A DNA stretch of 64,000 nt from Phoronis australis (taxonomy: Eukaryota > Animalia > Phoronida), in assembly GCA_002633005.1 (NCBI GenBank), contig NMRA01000036.1:62001-126000 (forward strand), given 5' to 3'. This document shows, piece after piece, positions 41,420 through 53,443 of the stretch. The notes under the pieces are model-generated. The model did not search any database. It had not been told where the DNA came from and worked only from the letters and a program-made list of their open reading frames with translations. A program made the translations under genes and the position numbers. Numbering within the stretch: position 1 is the first letter of the stretch; every line of letters starts with the position of its first letter.

Positions 41420-43426
41420 TACTACAGTAAAATATTACCAATTTCAGATCACAACAATTGCCAAGATTGACCTTTTCAAAGATACTTCACAATGCTGCTA
41501 ATGCCGACATTGCACCATGGAAGCTCTAATAGTATACTAGAACTTAAGACTGTCAAAGCCTTCGTTTTGAGTAACTCAACTTTTAATAAAAAAATAGAAT
41601 TTCACTTGTCCACCCCATTGTGTCCCAAACAAGGATAGAAAGTGATCAAAATTAAGTCCACATGGTCCAAAGGTGAATAGAAGCAAGTAGCATTCAAGCT
41701 GATTCTTTTTGCCCATGAAATGCAAAGCACGCTTTCAGCATCTCGTAAGCCGACATGGACTTTCCAAATCTTTAGAGACGCATACGTAAACACTGTGTAC
41801 TGTTGGAAAATATAATGCCTTGAGGCGAGACAACAGAATCAAGCACCATAAACTTGCTAAAAATGAGAACAGTCATTGTCTATTTTACATTTCTAACATG
41901 GCTCAAAATAAAAGTGGCACAACATTTATTGATGCACAAATTCTGCAAGACCACATGTCAGGCATATAGCATAAAAGCAAGCTCTGTTAACACATAATTC
42001 GAACATTTATACTTGGCATTGACACTCAGTGCATGAACCTACGCCACCGACCTCCTTTACGCTTCAGAGATTTTCTGACGATGCAAAAAAATTGAATTCA
42101 AATGTCGTTGTGAGATTATCACAACAGTTCAACCATTGGACAATGAAAGCAGGCATTCCAACTTATTGTCATAGCCCAAGTGTCAACATCACAGGTGAGA
42201 CATTGACCTACGACCTTAATCATTTGACACTACACCACTTACCAAGCAATCACCAAACATGCTGTACTATTTGCTCACTAATGTTTTTCTAACAGACAAC
42301 AGTCAACGAAGTTCTTAAATCCACAATATCATAAAAATTTTAGTGACAAAGGCAGTTCTGCCCAGCAGCATATTATTTCCATTGAGCCAATGATGAGGTT
42401 TACCCAATACCTTCATTACAAAGGATCACAGATCACATTTGTTTAATGTTTTCAAAAACAGTAAGTTGTAGACTATCAAACAATATATTTTAAATACTGG
42501 TAAACACCAAAACACATTGTGTGCACAAGAAAGATGGTCAAATGGGTAGTCACACATAGCAGACTGTAGTGACTTACCTTCTAGAATGTAGTGATCATAC
42601 TGGTCCTATTTCTATCACGTTAGGCCAAAATAATAACAGAGGCAAGTGATTAAACTAGTAGTTAAGTTCCTTAAAATTTGAACAAAACTAGCTGCCAGAT
42701 TCAAAATTTTCTAACTTCCAAAAGCTAACCCTACTGTTAAAAATTTCAAATTTTCATCAAAAAGCACAACTGGTTCTGTCACTGATATGGTAATTTTTAG
42801 CTTATGAAGCTTTTCAAAAACAAAAGTCATTGGTTGAAACTGATGCAGGCTGGTGTTTTTTAATCAGTGAGCAAAGGTCTCAAAATGACTTAGGACAGAG
42901 ACTCTATGGCTTTATTGTTGGATGGGATGAACTTCTTGAAGTTATTAGCTTTTACCAGAGCTGTAAAACAACAAGATCCATTGCACATTTTTGATTTCAA
43001 TATCAATTAACATTTTTCGCCAATGTCTGCCAATATTCGCTAATCAAGGCCAATGTCGTCACCGTTGCTGCTATTCATGACATGGGAGCCTCATCATAGG
43101 CTGCAACTACAGAGCAACGCGGTTCGATTCCGCACAGTAAAATTACTTTCCTTGTCAAGAACGTCTCCTTCATAGAAAAGCTCAGACACGTTTTCGTAGC
43201 AAACAGAATGAATAAACAAAATTGAGTTTCCGATGAAAATTTCACGTCTGACGTGACAACAAATGCACAGGACTATTTCCAGCCACATCATAGGTTTCTT
43301 TGCTCAACAAGGATTTTAAAAAATACAGGATTTGACTCTAATACTTCGGAAAATATTTGAAGAAATGCAACCTCTGTAACAAAACTGGGCAGTTTCTGTT
43401 AGCAATCAGAAAATAAACTGAGAAGC

Positions 43427-43654
43427 AATTATTTCCACAAAAAACAATATCCATAAAATTACTTCCCCAAAAATTACTTCCACAAAAATTACATCCATAA
43501 AAATTACTTCCATAAAAATTACTTCTACAAAAATTGTTTCCACAGAATTACTTCTACAAAAATTGTTTAAACAAAAATTGCATCCATAAAAATTACTTCC
43601 ACAAAAATATATCCAGAAAAAATTAATGAACACACATTGAAAATTATTTCCACA
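43427..43654. repeat. 15-bp minisatellite, about 15 degenerate copies
   Basis: Variants of AAAATTACTTCCA(C/T)A. Confidence 0.88.
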
Positions 43655-45889
43655 GCATATTTTGTCAAAAAACAACTGAACATCTAACCTCAATGACAAG
43701 AACAGTTCAAAACCATTAGTAAATTCATGGGCACAGTCTCAAGTCAATAACACTATTCATAGTAGAATACTGCACAATTATCCATTTGTGAAACAAATTA
43801 CTTAATAAAACCAGATCAAATAAGTACCTGGAAATTATATTCTTATTATGGAAACTGACACTAGCTAGATAGAAAAAGCATCACGCCCAATTCTAGATAG
43901 AACTACCATTCTATCATATTCCATTCAGAGAACTAAATAAATACCGTATTCTTACACCTATCCAGAGACTCGTCTACCGGCCATCATGGTTGTTACTAGG
44001 AAGGCCTTAATTAAAAGAACAGCTCAGCCAAGAGAAAAAATGGACCATTTCAAGTCAACCTCACCGAAAATGACAGCTAAATAAAGAATTTTAATACTTC
44101 TGATTCATAAAGTTTTATATTGAAATCTACAATTTGTTATTTTGGTTCAATAAATATTCAGACATAAACCGAGATCAGAGGTTATTTACCATCTGTTTTT
44201 ACCAAAAATGTCACACAGACAATCGGCAAATGCTGGCAGTCACGCTTTTCAAGGTAATACCTTCCTGCTATGTGACCTCATACGGAATCCCCGCATAAGG
44301 TGAGTGTAAATCTTGCGAGATTGGACCCTCACTTTTCAAATCCTATAGGAGCCCTGCTCCTGTTACAGTTTGTTAGGAGATAAGCAGTTCAACAAGATCA
44401 GTAGTGCTAATGATTCACACAGCAGCCGAGAATGGCCTAAAATGCACTAATTTTGTAATATAAAAACCATCCTGAAGGGCAACCAACAAAGCTAAGCAGC
44501 CAAGCGTGCTGAAGCATACAACAGGCATCAGAATTGGTTTTATGCCACACAGCAGGCGTCATACAATTTCTGTATTTTTTGTCTCAATACAGTCAGGGTG
44601 TGTGTGCACTCATTTTCATTACATGACTTCCCTGTGCAGCTAAAACCAACTATTTCATCGTTACCAGAAAATGGTACTTAACTGAATCAGTCATCCAGAG
44701 TAGTTGAGTAATCCGGTACAAAAGTCGCAGTCCAAAACGAGTCCATTTATAGTTTTAACAAGACATAGAGCACTAAACTCAGGGAAGGTAAAAACTACAA
44801 GTTAGCATTGCTCAAAAAGCTGCAGAACAAACATCAAAGGTCCGACATTAATATAGCAGACCAATGATAATCGCATGGGCATGTAGCCAGTAAACCATGA
44901 GAGAAATTTCCCCAACAGGAGAAACATGTTCTTTTTTCCATTCACGTACATCAGCTCTGGCTCCTTGAAGCCATTTCCATATCACACAATATTTACTGTT
45001 TATTGTATTTACAGTTGAAGAAGCTTGAATCTTGTCAAGACTTAACAGATGTTTCAAATTCTCAAATATGATGAACTCCATACACTAAACTCAAACACTT
45101 GTTGTAAGGTTCGTTTTTTAACAGTACGTGCAGTTAAGTCAAATTCGTGACCAATTTGTAATGACCTTGACATCATTAATAATATACTTCGCAGGTAGTT
45201 ATTTAATTATAAGAATCTGACTAAAGCAATAACTTGATTTATTGTGAAACCTTCTATTAAATTGTTTTTTTGTCAAATTATTTGAACTATATTGATGGAT
45301 AAAACTTGTCATCATGTGCTTGCCTTGTTGTGCACTAGTTGGAGTGATTCCCAACACACAAGCTGTTGAACATCGGTTTGCACTTACATCAAAACTCTTG
45401 GTGATAATCTTAAACTGTTTTACAGTTAAAAAGAGAGTGTCTTATGATTAAAGCTTTAATCATTCTTTCTTAAATTTCATGGTTTATCTAGGTCACTTAA
45501 CTAGGTCAGAAAGAAACCGGGCTTAAGAAAATTCAGATTTTGTGACAAGTTTACTTCATTATTCCAATAATAGTAAATTTTCAGAGAAGTAATTTCGAAC
45601 AAAAACGGCTCGGAAGTACTAGGTCATTGGTACTTCCGAGCCGTAAACAAGGACATTGACTGTTGTCTTGACTGTTGAGCCTGGCCGAGATTTTGTCTCT
45701 CACTCACTGACTCAGTCATCAAGACATCAGTGAGAAGACAAAACTGCGAGAAGTCATGACGGTTAAAAGTAACCATATTTAGGTTAAGCCGATTCTCCCC
45801 AGGCCAAACACTACCAATAATTCGGATACAGTGAAAGTTACGAATCGATAAAAGTTGAATTTGCTGTTTTACGATGCGTCGTTTCACCC

Positions 45890-46180
45890 CAAGACTTACT
45901 GTTCTGTGTGTACGTGCAAACGATCCAAGTAAAACCCAAGATGGCTTCCTCGAAAGAAATGAGTATTACACTTACCCCTCTCGGGCAAATTGAGTTTTCT
46001 AACTCTTGTGTGTTTGAAGATAAAATTCAGTGTTTACGGGTCACTTTTTGGTGTACAAGGCCACAAGGAGGACTGTTTGCAGACAGGTTACGAGTCTAAC
46101 TTTTGACCGGTGTCCAACTTTAAAGCGTTTGCTTTATTTAAACGTCAGTGGACCCACGATCGACTGTGGGTGAGCCTATT
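45890..46180. promoter_or_regulatory. Candidate bidirectional promoter and non-coding first exons of COX6B-A (-) and MFSD13A (+)
   Basis: Locally CpG-richer. YY1-like CAAGATGGC near 45937-45945. Minus-strand GTAAGT donors at 45894-45899 and 45970-45975; plus-strand GG|GTGAGC at 46170. Both genes have acceptors just upstream of their ATG, so each needs a 5' non-coding exon. Confidence 0.4.
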
Positions 46181-46451
46181 TGGCACTGGCTGTATTTAGC
46201 GGTCCCTGATTTAGATTCAGATTTAGAAAGGCATACGACGATACGTGTTCAAATTCCATTGCATTGCTCATATTTCCGGGCCACTTTTTGTGAGTACTTA
46301 TCACGCCGGGTCACGCGCTAGGCTTAGTCTTTCACTTGCTGCTGGGTAACACCCGTGATGTCAATTGATGCATTGGTGGTTATCACACTAAGTTAACGGC
46401 GACCAAAAAGTGGAATTGGAATTCTTTGCCAAAGTTATCTTAATTCACATA

Positions 46452-46989
46452 CCGTATTCGCCGTAATAACCGCCCAGGGCGCTTAGAAAAGTTCAGCTCA
46501 GGGGGGGACACTTATTATAACCCAAGGCGGTTGAAACCCGGTCTCCGAAACGGGTGAAGTCGGAAGCTAAGATTCATTAAATTTACGCTCTGTGACGTAT
46601 TTGTAATCTATGAAAGACTTTCAACGAAACTGTGGTGCATTGCTACCAAATTTTGCTGCTAAATTAATTACGATCATTTTACAGAAAATTGTGCTGAAAT
46701 CCCAGGGCGAAAACTCGCCGACTGACTGCCTCGAAATCGCCGTCTTCGATATGGCGACTTCAATGCTTAAATAAAAATGGTTTCGACTCAAGCAAATTAC
46801 CTGAAATCCTCATTAAGTATTATAAGTAGCGTCTCTAAGATTTTGTTTGTTCCCGTGGAGTCTGGATTAACGCCAGGTTTAAGTGCAAATCTGTGCAAGA
46901 TCATGGACTGGGCGCTTATTTCAGCAAAGTCTGAAAACGCGTGGGGGAGGCGCTTATAGGGGCATATGCGGTTATTACGGTGAATACAG
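46452..46989. mobile_element. Tc1/pogo-type MITE, TA TSD (nested)
   Basis: TA|CCGTATTCGCCGTAATAACCGC ... GCGGTTATTACGGTGAATACAG|TA. Confidence 0.82.
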
Positions 46990-47058
46990 TAGTCATAGTC
47001 CATAGACATGCTTCATTGAACCAGAAAGGATTGCTGAAGAATTTATTAGTGCTATTTG

Positions 47059-47614
47059 AGGGATTGTTCTAAAACCCCTTGGCCCCCACAACCCACAATC
47101 CCCTCGACCCAGTCTACACAAGCTGGACTCGATCTGATGACATAGAACAGACGCTGACTTGCAGGACCAATAAATTGGGCCATGAGCTTGGGTGGCTTTT
47201 ACCTGTTTGTTGCAATAAAGAGTCGATGCGGCAAGATTGAAAGCCAATTAAGAAAAAAAACAACGCAATCGAATCAAAGACCTACGAATGCTACATAAAC
47301 CATTCCTGGCAGAGTGTAATCATCTCATCTGCTCACGTGAATGTACTCTATCCTTAAGTTTAGTAGAAGTGGGCCATTAGTAGCTGTTCTTAGAACTATT
47401 TCCGAGACTACGCGTGCTCACAATGCGTTACTCAAGACTGCGTTCTCGTGCCACTTTCTGTTTTTAATCACCAGACCTGAACCAGAGTGTGTAGGTCATG
47501 TCTTATGGAGAAGTCACTCAGCGATGAAATATAAAAAGCGCACAAATACCTTTATTGCCACAGGTCGTGAGTCGAGGGTTGTGTGGGGGTCAAGGAGGTT
47601 TTAGAACGATCCCT
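47059..47614. mobile_element. MITE with about 50-bp imperfect TIRs (nested)
   Basis: AGGGATTGTTCTAAAACCCCTTGGCCCCCACAACCC ... GGGTTGTGTGGGGGTCAAGGAGGTTTTAGAACGATCCCT. Confidence 0.7.
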
Positions 47615-48348
47615 TTTTGAGTGGAATTTTAAGTGTAAAATGTATTTTTGATGAGCTGAAAACCTCTCATTCGGTGACTGGATTTGGACTACTACCCACT
47701 TACGGTAAAATACATGGGTACAGAAACTGATAGGGAATATTGTAGCCCCTGTAGCCATTCGAGGTCTATGTGTTGCTTACTTTGGTTTCTATGTTAATTT
47801 CATCGTGAATATTTTAAACAGGCGGTAGTCCAAATCCAGTCACCTAGTAAGACATTTTTGCTATGTCAAAAATAAATTTTTCGTTGATAAAATTGTCTCT
47901 GAGAAAGTGATTATGTTCTTCACCAATCCTTTCAGGTTCAGTGGATGTACTTGAAGCATGTCAATGGGAATTAAGATGACTCGGGCGCAGAATTCCAACT
48001 CCAATTTTTAGTCACTGTTAAATTTTTCGCCAGTTACTACAAAGAACTCGAGTCTGAATTCAAGTGGGAAAACTGCTTAGATATTTCCCCAGGTCAGAAG
48101 TGCTGGGAAAAACTTTAATATTCATCTACCTGTTTTACTTCTGTTGTAAAACTTAAATGGTTTCAATTTAGGCCGTGGCCTAGAATAATAAATTGTAATT
48201 CTTTTTTTCTTTTTACATAAAATTGAAATCAAGGACTCGGATACACGCACTTTAGCAACAAGTGGAAATTGCACCAGAATTCATGTTAGTATGCTTAAAT
48301 TCTGAACCCAATTTGGTCATACCTCATTGGTTAAAAATTGGTTGTACC

Positions 48349-49107
48349 TTTTTAAGGCAAGGATGTGTTACATTTTAGTCACTTCCCATGTGCATACACA
48401 AATAATGTCGCAATTTAATCACCCATATAATGTGGAACTCTGTTAATATTCTCAGACATCATGATCACATTCTGGTCATGACTCATCTTTTAGTCATAGA
48501 TTAATCACGTTTTAGTCATGACTAACCTGTGGAAAGGTTAATATTCTACTAGTGTTTGCATTCTGAAGTTCCGAGTTCCTCATGTGACCCCATGGGACAT
48601 GGGATTTATTGTTAAAGCGTGGCTTTAAACTACGTTTTTAAAAGCAGGATGCATGCACATTATGTAATTTTTTGTTAACTGTTTGTTATATGTGTTTTGT
48701 TTTCAATTTCAGTCTAATGGGATAAGAAAGTATTAAAAAAGCAACAGTACAACATGTTTGGATTACACAAGAATTCAGTGGCATACGCTGCCACAAGTTT
48801 TGCCTCTGGCCTCATGGGATCAGTGTTTGGATTCGCATACATCAAGGTTTTTCTCAACCGCTACCTCATCCCGGAATCATGGTTCCACACTGCTCAGGTA
48901 TTTTACATGATCTGGAATGCTGTCAACGACCCACTCTTTGGCTATGTACAAGACAAGTCGGATATGAAATGCTTCCGAAGTAGACGCCATTCAATTCTTT
49001 ACGGAGCCCCTTTTTGGACGATATCTTTCCTGATACCGTGGTTTCAGTGGGGCGAGAATGGATCATGGATAGTCGGCCTCCACTTGTTTGTGGCCCTGAG
49101 TTTGTAT
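48349..49107 (+). other. 759-bp near-identical duplicate of 49109-49867 (5' part of MFSD13A) across a single N; probable haplotype or assembly artefact
   Basis: Exact 760-nt offset and N at 49108. Eight substitutions seen; the two coding ones are synonymous. Confidence 0.85.
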
Positions 49108-49513
49108 NTTTTTAAGGCAAGGATGTGTTACATTTTAGTCACTTCCCATGTGCAAACACAAATAATGTCGCAATTTAGTCACCCATATAATGTGGAACTC
49201 TGTTAATATTCTCAGACATCATGATCACATTCTGGTCATGACTCATCTTTTAGTCATAGATTAATCACGTTTTAGTCATGACTAACCTGTGGAAGGGTTA
49301 ATATTCTACTAGTGTTTGCATTCTGAAGTTCCGAGTTCCTCATGTGACCCCATGGGAAATGGGATTTATTGTTAAAGCGTGGCTTTAAACTACGTTTTTA
49401 AAAGCAGGATTCATGCACATTATGTAATTTTTTGTTAACTGTTTGTTATATCTGTTTTGTTTTCAATTTCAGTCTAATGGGATAAGAAAGTATTAAAAAA
49501 GCAACAGTACAAC

Positions 49514-50425
49514 ATGTTTGGATTACACAAGAATTCAGTGGCATACGCCGCCACAAGTTTTGCCTCTGGCCTCATGGGATCAGTGTTTGGATTCGCTTAC
49601 ATCAAGGTTTTTCTCAACCGCTACCTCATCCCGGAATCATGGTTCCACACTGCTCAGGTATTTTACATGATCTGGAATGCTGTCAACGACCCACTCTTTG
49701 GCTATGTACAAGACAAGTCGGATATGAAATGCTTCCGAAGTAGACGCCATTCAATTCTTTACGGAGCCCCTTTTTGGACGATATCTTTCCTGATACCGTG
49801 GTTTCAGTGGGGCGAGAATGGATCATGGATAGTCGGCCTCCACTTGTTTGTGGCCCTGAGTTTGTATGATGCTCTTCTAACATTTGTGCTATTAGCGCAA
49901 TGTGCGGCATTTGCTGAAGTCTCTACCAGTCATGAGGACAGATTACGACTTGTGCGGTATAGTCAGTGGGCCTTACTGGCTGGCAGTTGTAGCGTGTTCG
50001 TCGTCGTCAACATATCAGACAATTTGAATAACTATCAGGCATTTCAGATGTGTACAGTTGTAATAGCAGTATTAGCTTATTTGCTAATGACTTATTCAGG
50101 ACGAAATATGCGGACACGTTATGATATAGATCTTGCAATGTTGGGTTCCACGTCACTGAACAAGTCAAATGAGAAGATGCAGTTAAAGACATCTAACTGT
50201 ATTGATGGTAAGACGACAAATAGCCAGGGTTACTTTGCACTAACTTGGCAGATTTTAAAGAACAGGAATTTTTTGGCATTTGTGTTGACTAACTTTTGCC
50301 AAGAGCTTGAAAGAGCACTTTGTTCTGGGTTCTCAGCAATAATCGGCGATGCACTCGTACCTACAGATCTGATCTCTTCACAAGTGAGAGCCGCCTGGTA
50401 TGGTGCAGGTTTCATATTGCCTCAG
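49514..50425 (+). CDS. MFSD13A: MFSD13A/TMEM180 major facilitator superfamily protein, coding exon 1
   Basis: 304 codons with the family motifs 'FYMIWNAVNDPLFGY' and 'RRHSILYGAPF...FLIPWFQW' and multiple transmembrane segments. CAG|GTAGAG donor; acceptor at 49471-49472. Confidence 0.92.
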
Positions 50426-51508
50426 GTAGAGTTCATTAATTAACAGTCAGCCTTTTGACCTTTCAGGCTTTTTTTCTAAAACATGCAATATGCACAATTG
50501 TGCAGAGATGTTATTACGTGACCACAGAACACTTCTTTTTTCTGATTTGCTGAAATGCATTAGGATAACTTCTGATGTTGGCACGCTTGCCGTGGATTGT
50601 CACTTTTCATTCATGCTGCCTGTATGTTAGTCAGTACTGGTGGTCTGATGATTACAGGCTGCAGAATCCATAAACTCCTGACTACAGTTTGTAAACGAAG
50701 AAACCAATCATATACTGCAGAAACCATTAACCCTGAGCACAAAGCGAGCAGACCACGTCAGTACATCAAAGCCAGTAAGAACAAACCAATCTGTAAAGAG
50801 ATGAAATCATCAGAGGAAAGAAGCATCAGTGATCATGTAATAAAACCAATGGGCGTATCAAATCATATGGTCCTGTCACCCTTGGGATCGCTCCGTGTTT
50901 GTACATTGTTTATGGCTAGCCTTTTCAATTCTCAAAGCACTTCATTTTTGTTTTAATTATTTTTGCTTGACTTACTATGCAAATTTTTATCAGATATTTT
51001 TAAGTCTTTTAATTTTTAATGAAGATACTTGGCACATAGGTTTCTTTTGAGACAACTATAAAATTTTTGTCAACATTGGGAAGTTTTGATGTATTCTGCA
51101 CTCCCTTGTGGCCATTTTTATTGTTTTGAGTCGGTTTTTGGCATCTTCTAATTTTCCTTGCATATAATATGCATCAATATCTACCAAGTTCTTTGATAGA
51201 TCTTCATGAAGTTTGCCATATGTTGCTATTGAAGAAATTATGCCTGGTGTCAATTTTTGAACAGATCTGATTACTGTAATGCCTTCTAGTGGCATATTGT
51301 CATTTGGTCTGCTTAAATATCTACCAAGTTCTTTGATGGATCTTAATGAAATTTGTCTTGTGTTTTCCTAATGAAAGGAGCCTGCACAACTAATGCTATT
51401 TTTTATGGATTTGGCTACTGTGGAAATACTTGAAAAGTGAGCACCTTTTTTCTTTACCACTTTGGGCGAATGCCAACACTCTGCGTTACTCTTATTCTTT
51501 TATTCCAG

Positions 51509-51672
51509 GTCCTTCTTATCCTTGTCATGGGCCAAGTTGAAAAGTACGGATATTTCAAATTCATTCGTTCCTCATACGTGTTCAAAATCGTTGCTGGGAC
51601 AACAATGTACTTCATCGGATTTGATCAACCATGGAAGCTCTATGTTATGATTTTCTTTATGATCTCTGACAC
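51509..51672 (+). CDS. MFSD13A: MFSD13A coding exon 2
   Basis: ttccag acceptor and GTGAGT donor. Encodes VLLILVMGQVEKYGYFKFIRSSYVFKIVAG...FFMISD; phase 0 to 2. Confidence 0.9.
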
Positions 51673-52929
51673 GTGAGTGATTGAACGTGTGTCAAAGGCT
51701 TGACAAGATGCTATCATGTGGGTACACTCAGCTTTATTAGACTGAGAGATAAGAAGAGTGGGTTTTCTGTAAAAAAATGTATTTAATTCCAGGAAGGTTA
51801 AATAGGTATACGGAAGACACTGAGTGCTAAATGTAAGAGTTTACAAGTTTGTCGACACAGCTAGTCACAGCTAATCACGATGCTGTCCACACTTGGCTTA
51901 AGCATTGTCTACCAGTGACACAAAGTTAGAACACTCACTTCTTGTTCCTGTTGACTCCAGCAGAATATGGCTTAATTACAATGTAAGAGGTACTTTCACA
52001 CAATAACCATACATTAGGCACTTCATTTCCCAACCAGCAATTGCCGATTGTGATTACAATAGCCACTTTCCTCCGCAGTGCCTGGACTTTAATGACTGGC
52101 TTCTAATTTTTTGGGGAACAGAGATGGCTGTCAGTGATAAATGCTTGTCTGTTTGTTGTTGCATTCTTTCATGACCGTTTTAAATGTTGTGGACTATAAA
52201 AACTAAATCTTCATTGAAAATTGAACTTTTACATTGTTTGAATGGCAAAAATGGGTTAATTACAACAAAGGAAAAGAAACCAAAACCTCATTGCAAGTGC
52301 TGTTCCTTTGTTGGTATGTCCCAAACTCTGTTATGTAACCTGCCTGAGCAACAGAGAAGAGTGACTTGACTTGTGGACACTACCAAACAACAGTGCACTT
52401 ATCTAAGTCATGTTAATACCTCCAAAGAATTCAGTGAAGTTTGAATGTAGAAGTGTATCAGGCATTGTAGCTGAGTCCACAGCGAAGTGTACAGACATTC
52501 GCAGCTGGATATAACAATTAAGCCCAATACGTTCGTTAGCAGCATTATTTTAAGAGTGGTAACTAATTTGACACACGTGTCCATGTCCACAAATGAAGCG
52601 CAAGCTACAGCACTAACATCACCAGATGGCGCTCTCAGTTGAGACACAATAAACACCAGTCTAGTATAACCACAAAAAAGTACAAGTTACTATGCCAGTG
52701 TCAAATGTGATAATGGCATCTTGATCCCATAATTCTAGAATTTACAAGGTGTTTTATGGTAACTGGACACCTGGTGTTACTATTCGCTTATTATCTTTTG
52801 AATGCCATGTATTAAATATTAGTATTTCACATAGATTGCTGTATGAACTTGTGGATCAAGGATTGAAGATGAAGTTGTTATTAATAAATCTTGCGAAATG
52901 TTGTCAACGCTTAACTTTTCTTTCTTCAG

Positions 52930-53013
52930 GGTTGTGACAAGCTCAACCTTTGGTCTGTTTTCTATGCCGTTGTCGGATGTCATCGACGAAGATCTTAAGA
53001 TGAATAACAGAAG
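52930..53013 (+). CDS. MFSD13A: MFSD13A coding exon 3
   Basis: ttcttcag acceptor and AG|GTATGT donor. Encodes (T)VVTSSTFGLFSMPLSDVIDEDLKMNNR (DxxDED motif). Confidence 0.9.
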
Positions 53014-53151
53014 GTATGTATCTGCAAGGTAAACTAAAAGGTAGTTTGAAGTTTTCTTTGATTGTTGTGTCGTCCGGACAAACTTTATGTCAACTCTTGG
53101 TTTCCTGAGAAACACCTTTTTTTGTACATTAAAGATTTTTGTTCTTTCTAG

Positions 53152-53443
53152 TCGACCGCTGTCTTCAATGGTGTTTGCAACTAACGCCCTTGTCGTGAAA
53201 CCTGCCCAGTCCATCTCACCCATGATAGCAGTGGCCGTCTTGAATTTGTACGGGTATGAAGAGTACAAGCTGAAGACGCTGCAAGACCCGGCTCAGCTGG
53301 CCTCACTGCACAGTGTTATGTTTGGTATTGTGTGTATTGTACCAGTTCTACTGGGGAGTATGCAGCTGTTCTTTTGGTCTCAATATCGTATTAGGAACAG
53401 CCATATGGTTGTACCAAAGTATGTGGAAAATGCTGATAGTTAG
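53152..53443 (+). CDS. MFSD13A: MFSD13A last coding exon (483 aa total)
   Basis: tttctag acceptor. Encodes (S)RPLSSMVFATNALVVKPAQSISPMI...QLFFWSQYRIRNSH...ENADS*. Confidence 0.9.

Larger units (their letters stand above)
46397..48017. mobile_element. Long-TIR/foldback element flanked by TTAA, with two nested MITEs
   Basis: Left-arm pieces 46397-46450, 46999-47042 and 47639-47697 are reverse complements of the right arm 47821-48017. TTAA at 46393-46396 and 48018-48021. Confidence 0.65.

Noticed and set aside
43406-43699. 97-aa repetitive ORF (VEVIF repeats)
   Set aside because: Translation of a 15-bp minisatellite; no splice or homology support.
45162-45170. ERR response element (TCAAGGTCA) near COX6B-A
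   Set aside because: A single 9-mer is expected by chance at this scale, and there is no conservation evidence.
47567-47572. GTGAGT as the MFSD13A 5'UTR donor
   Set aside because: It lies within the TIR of a nested MITE; no independent support.
48754-49206. Second, truncated MFSD13A paralogue or pseudogene
   Set aside because: It ends exactly at an N with a near-identical restart; best explained as an assembly artefact.
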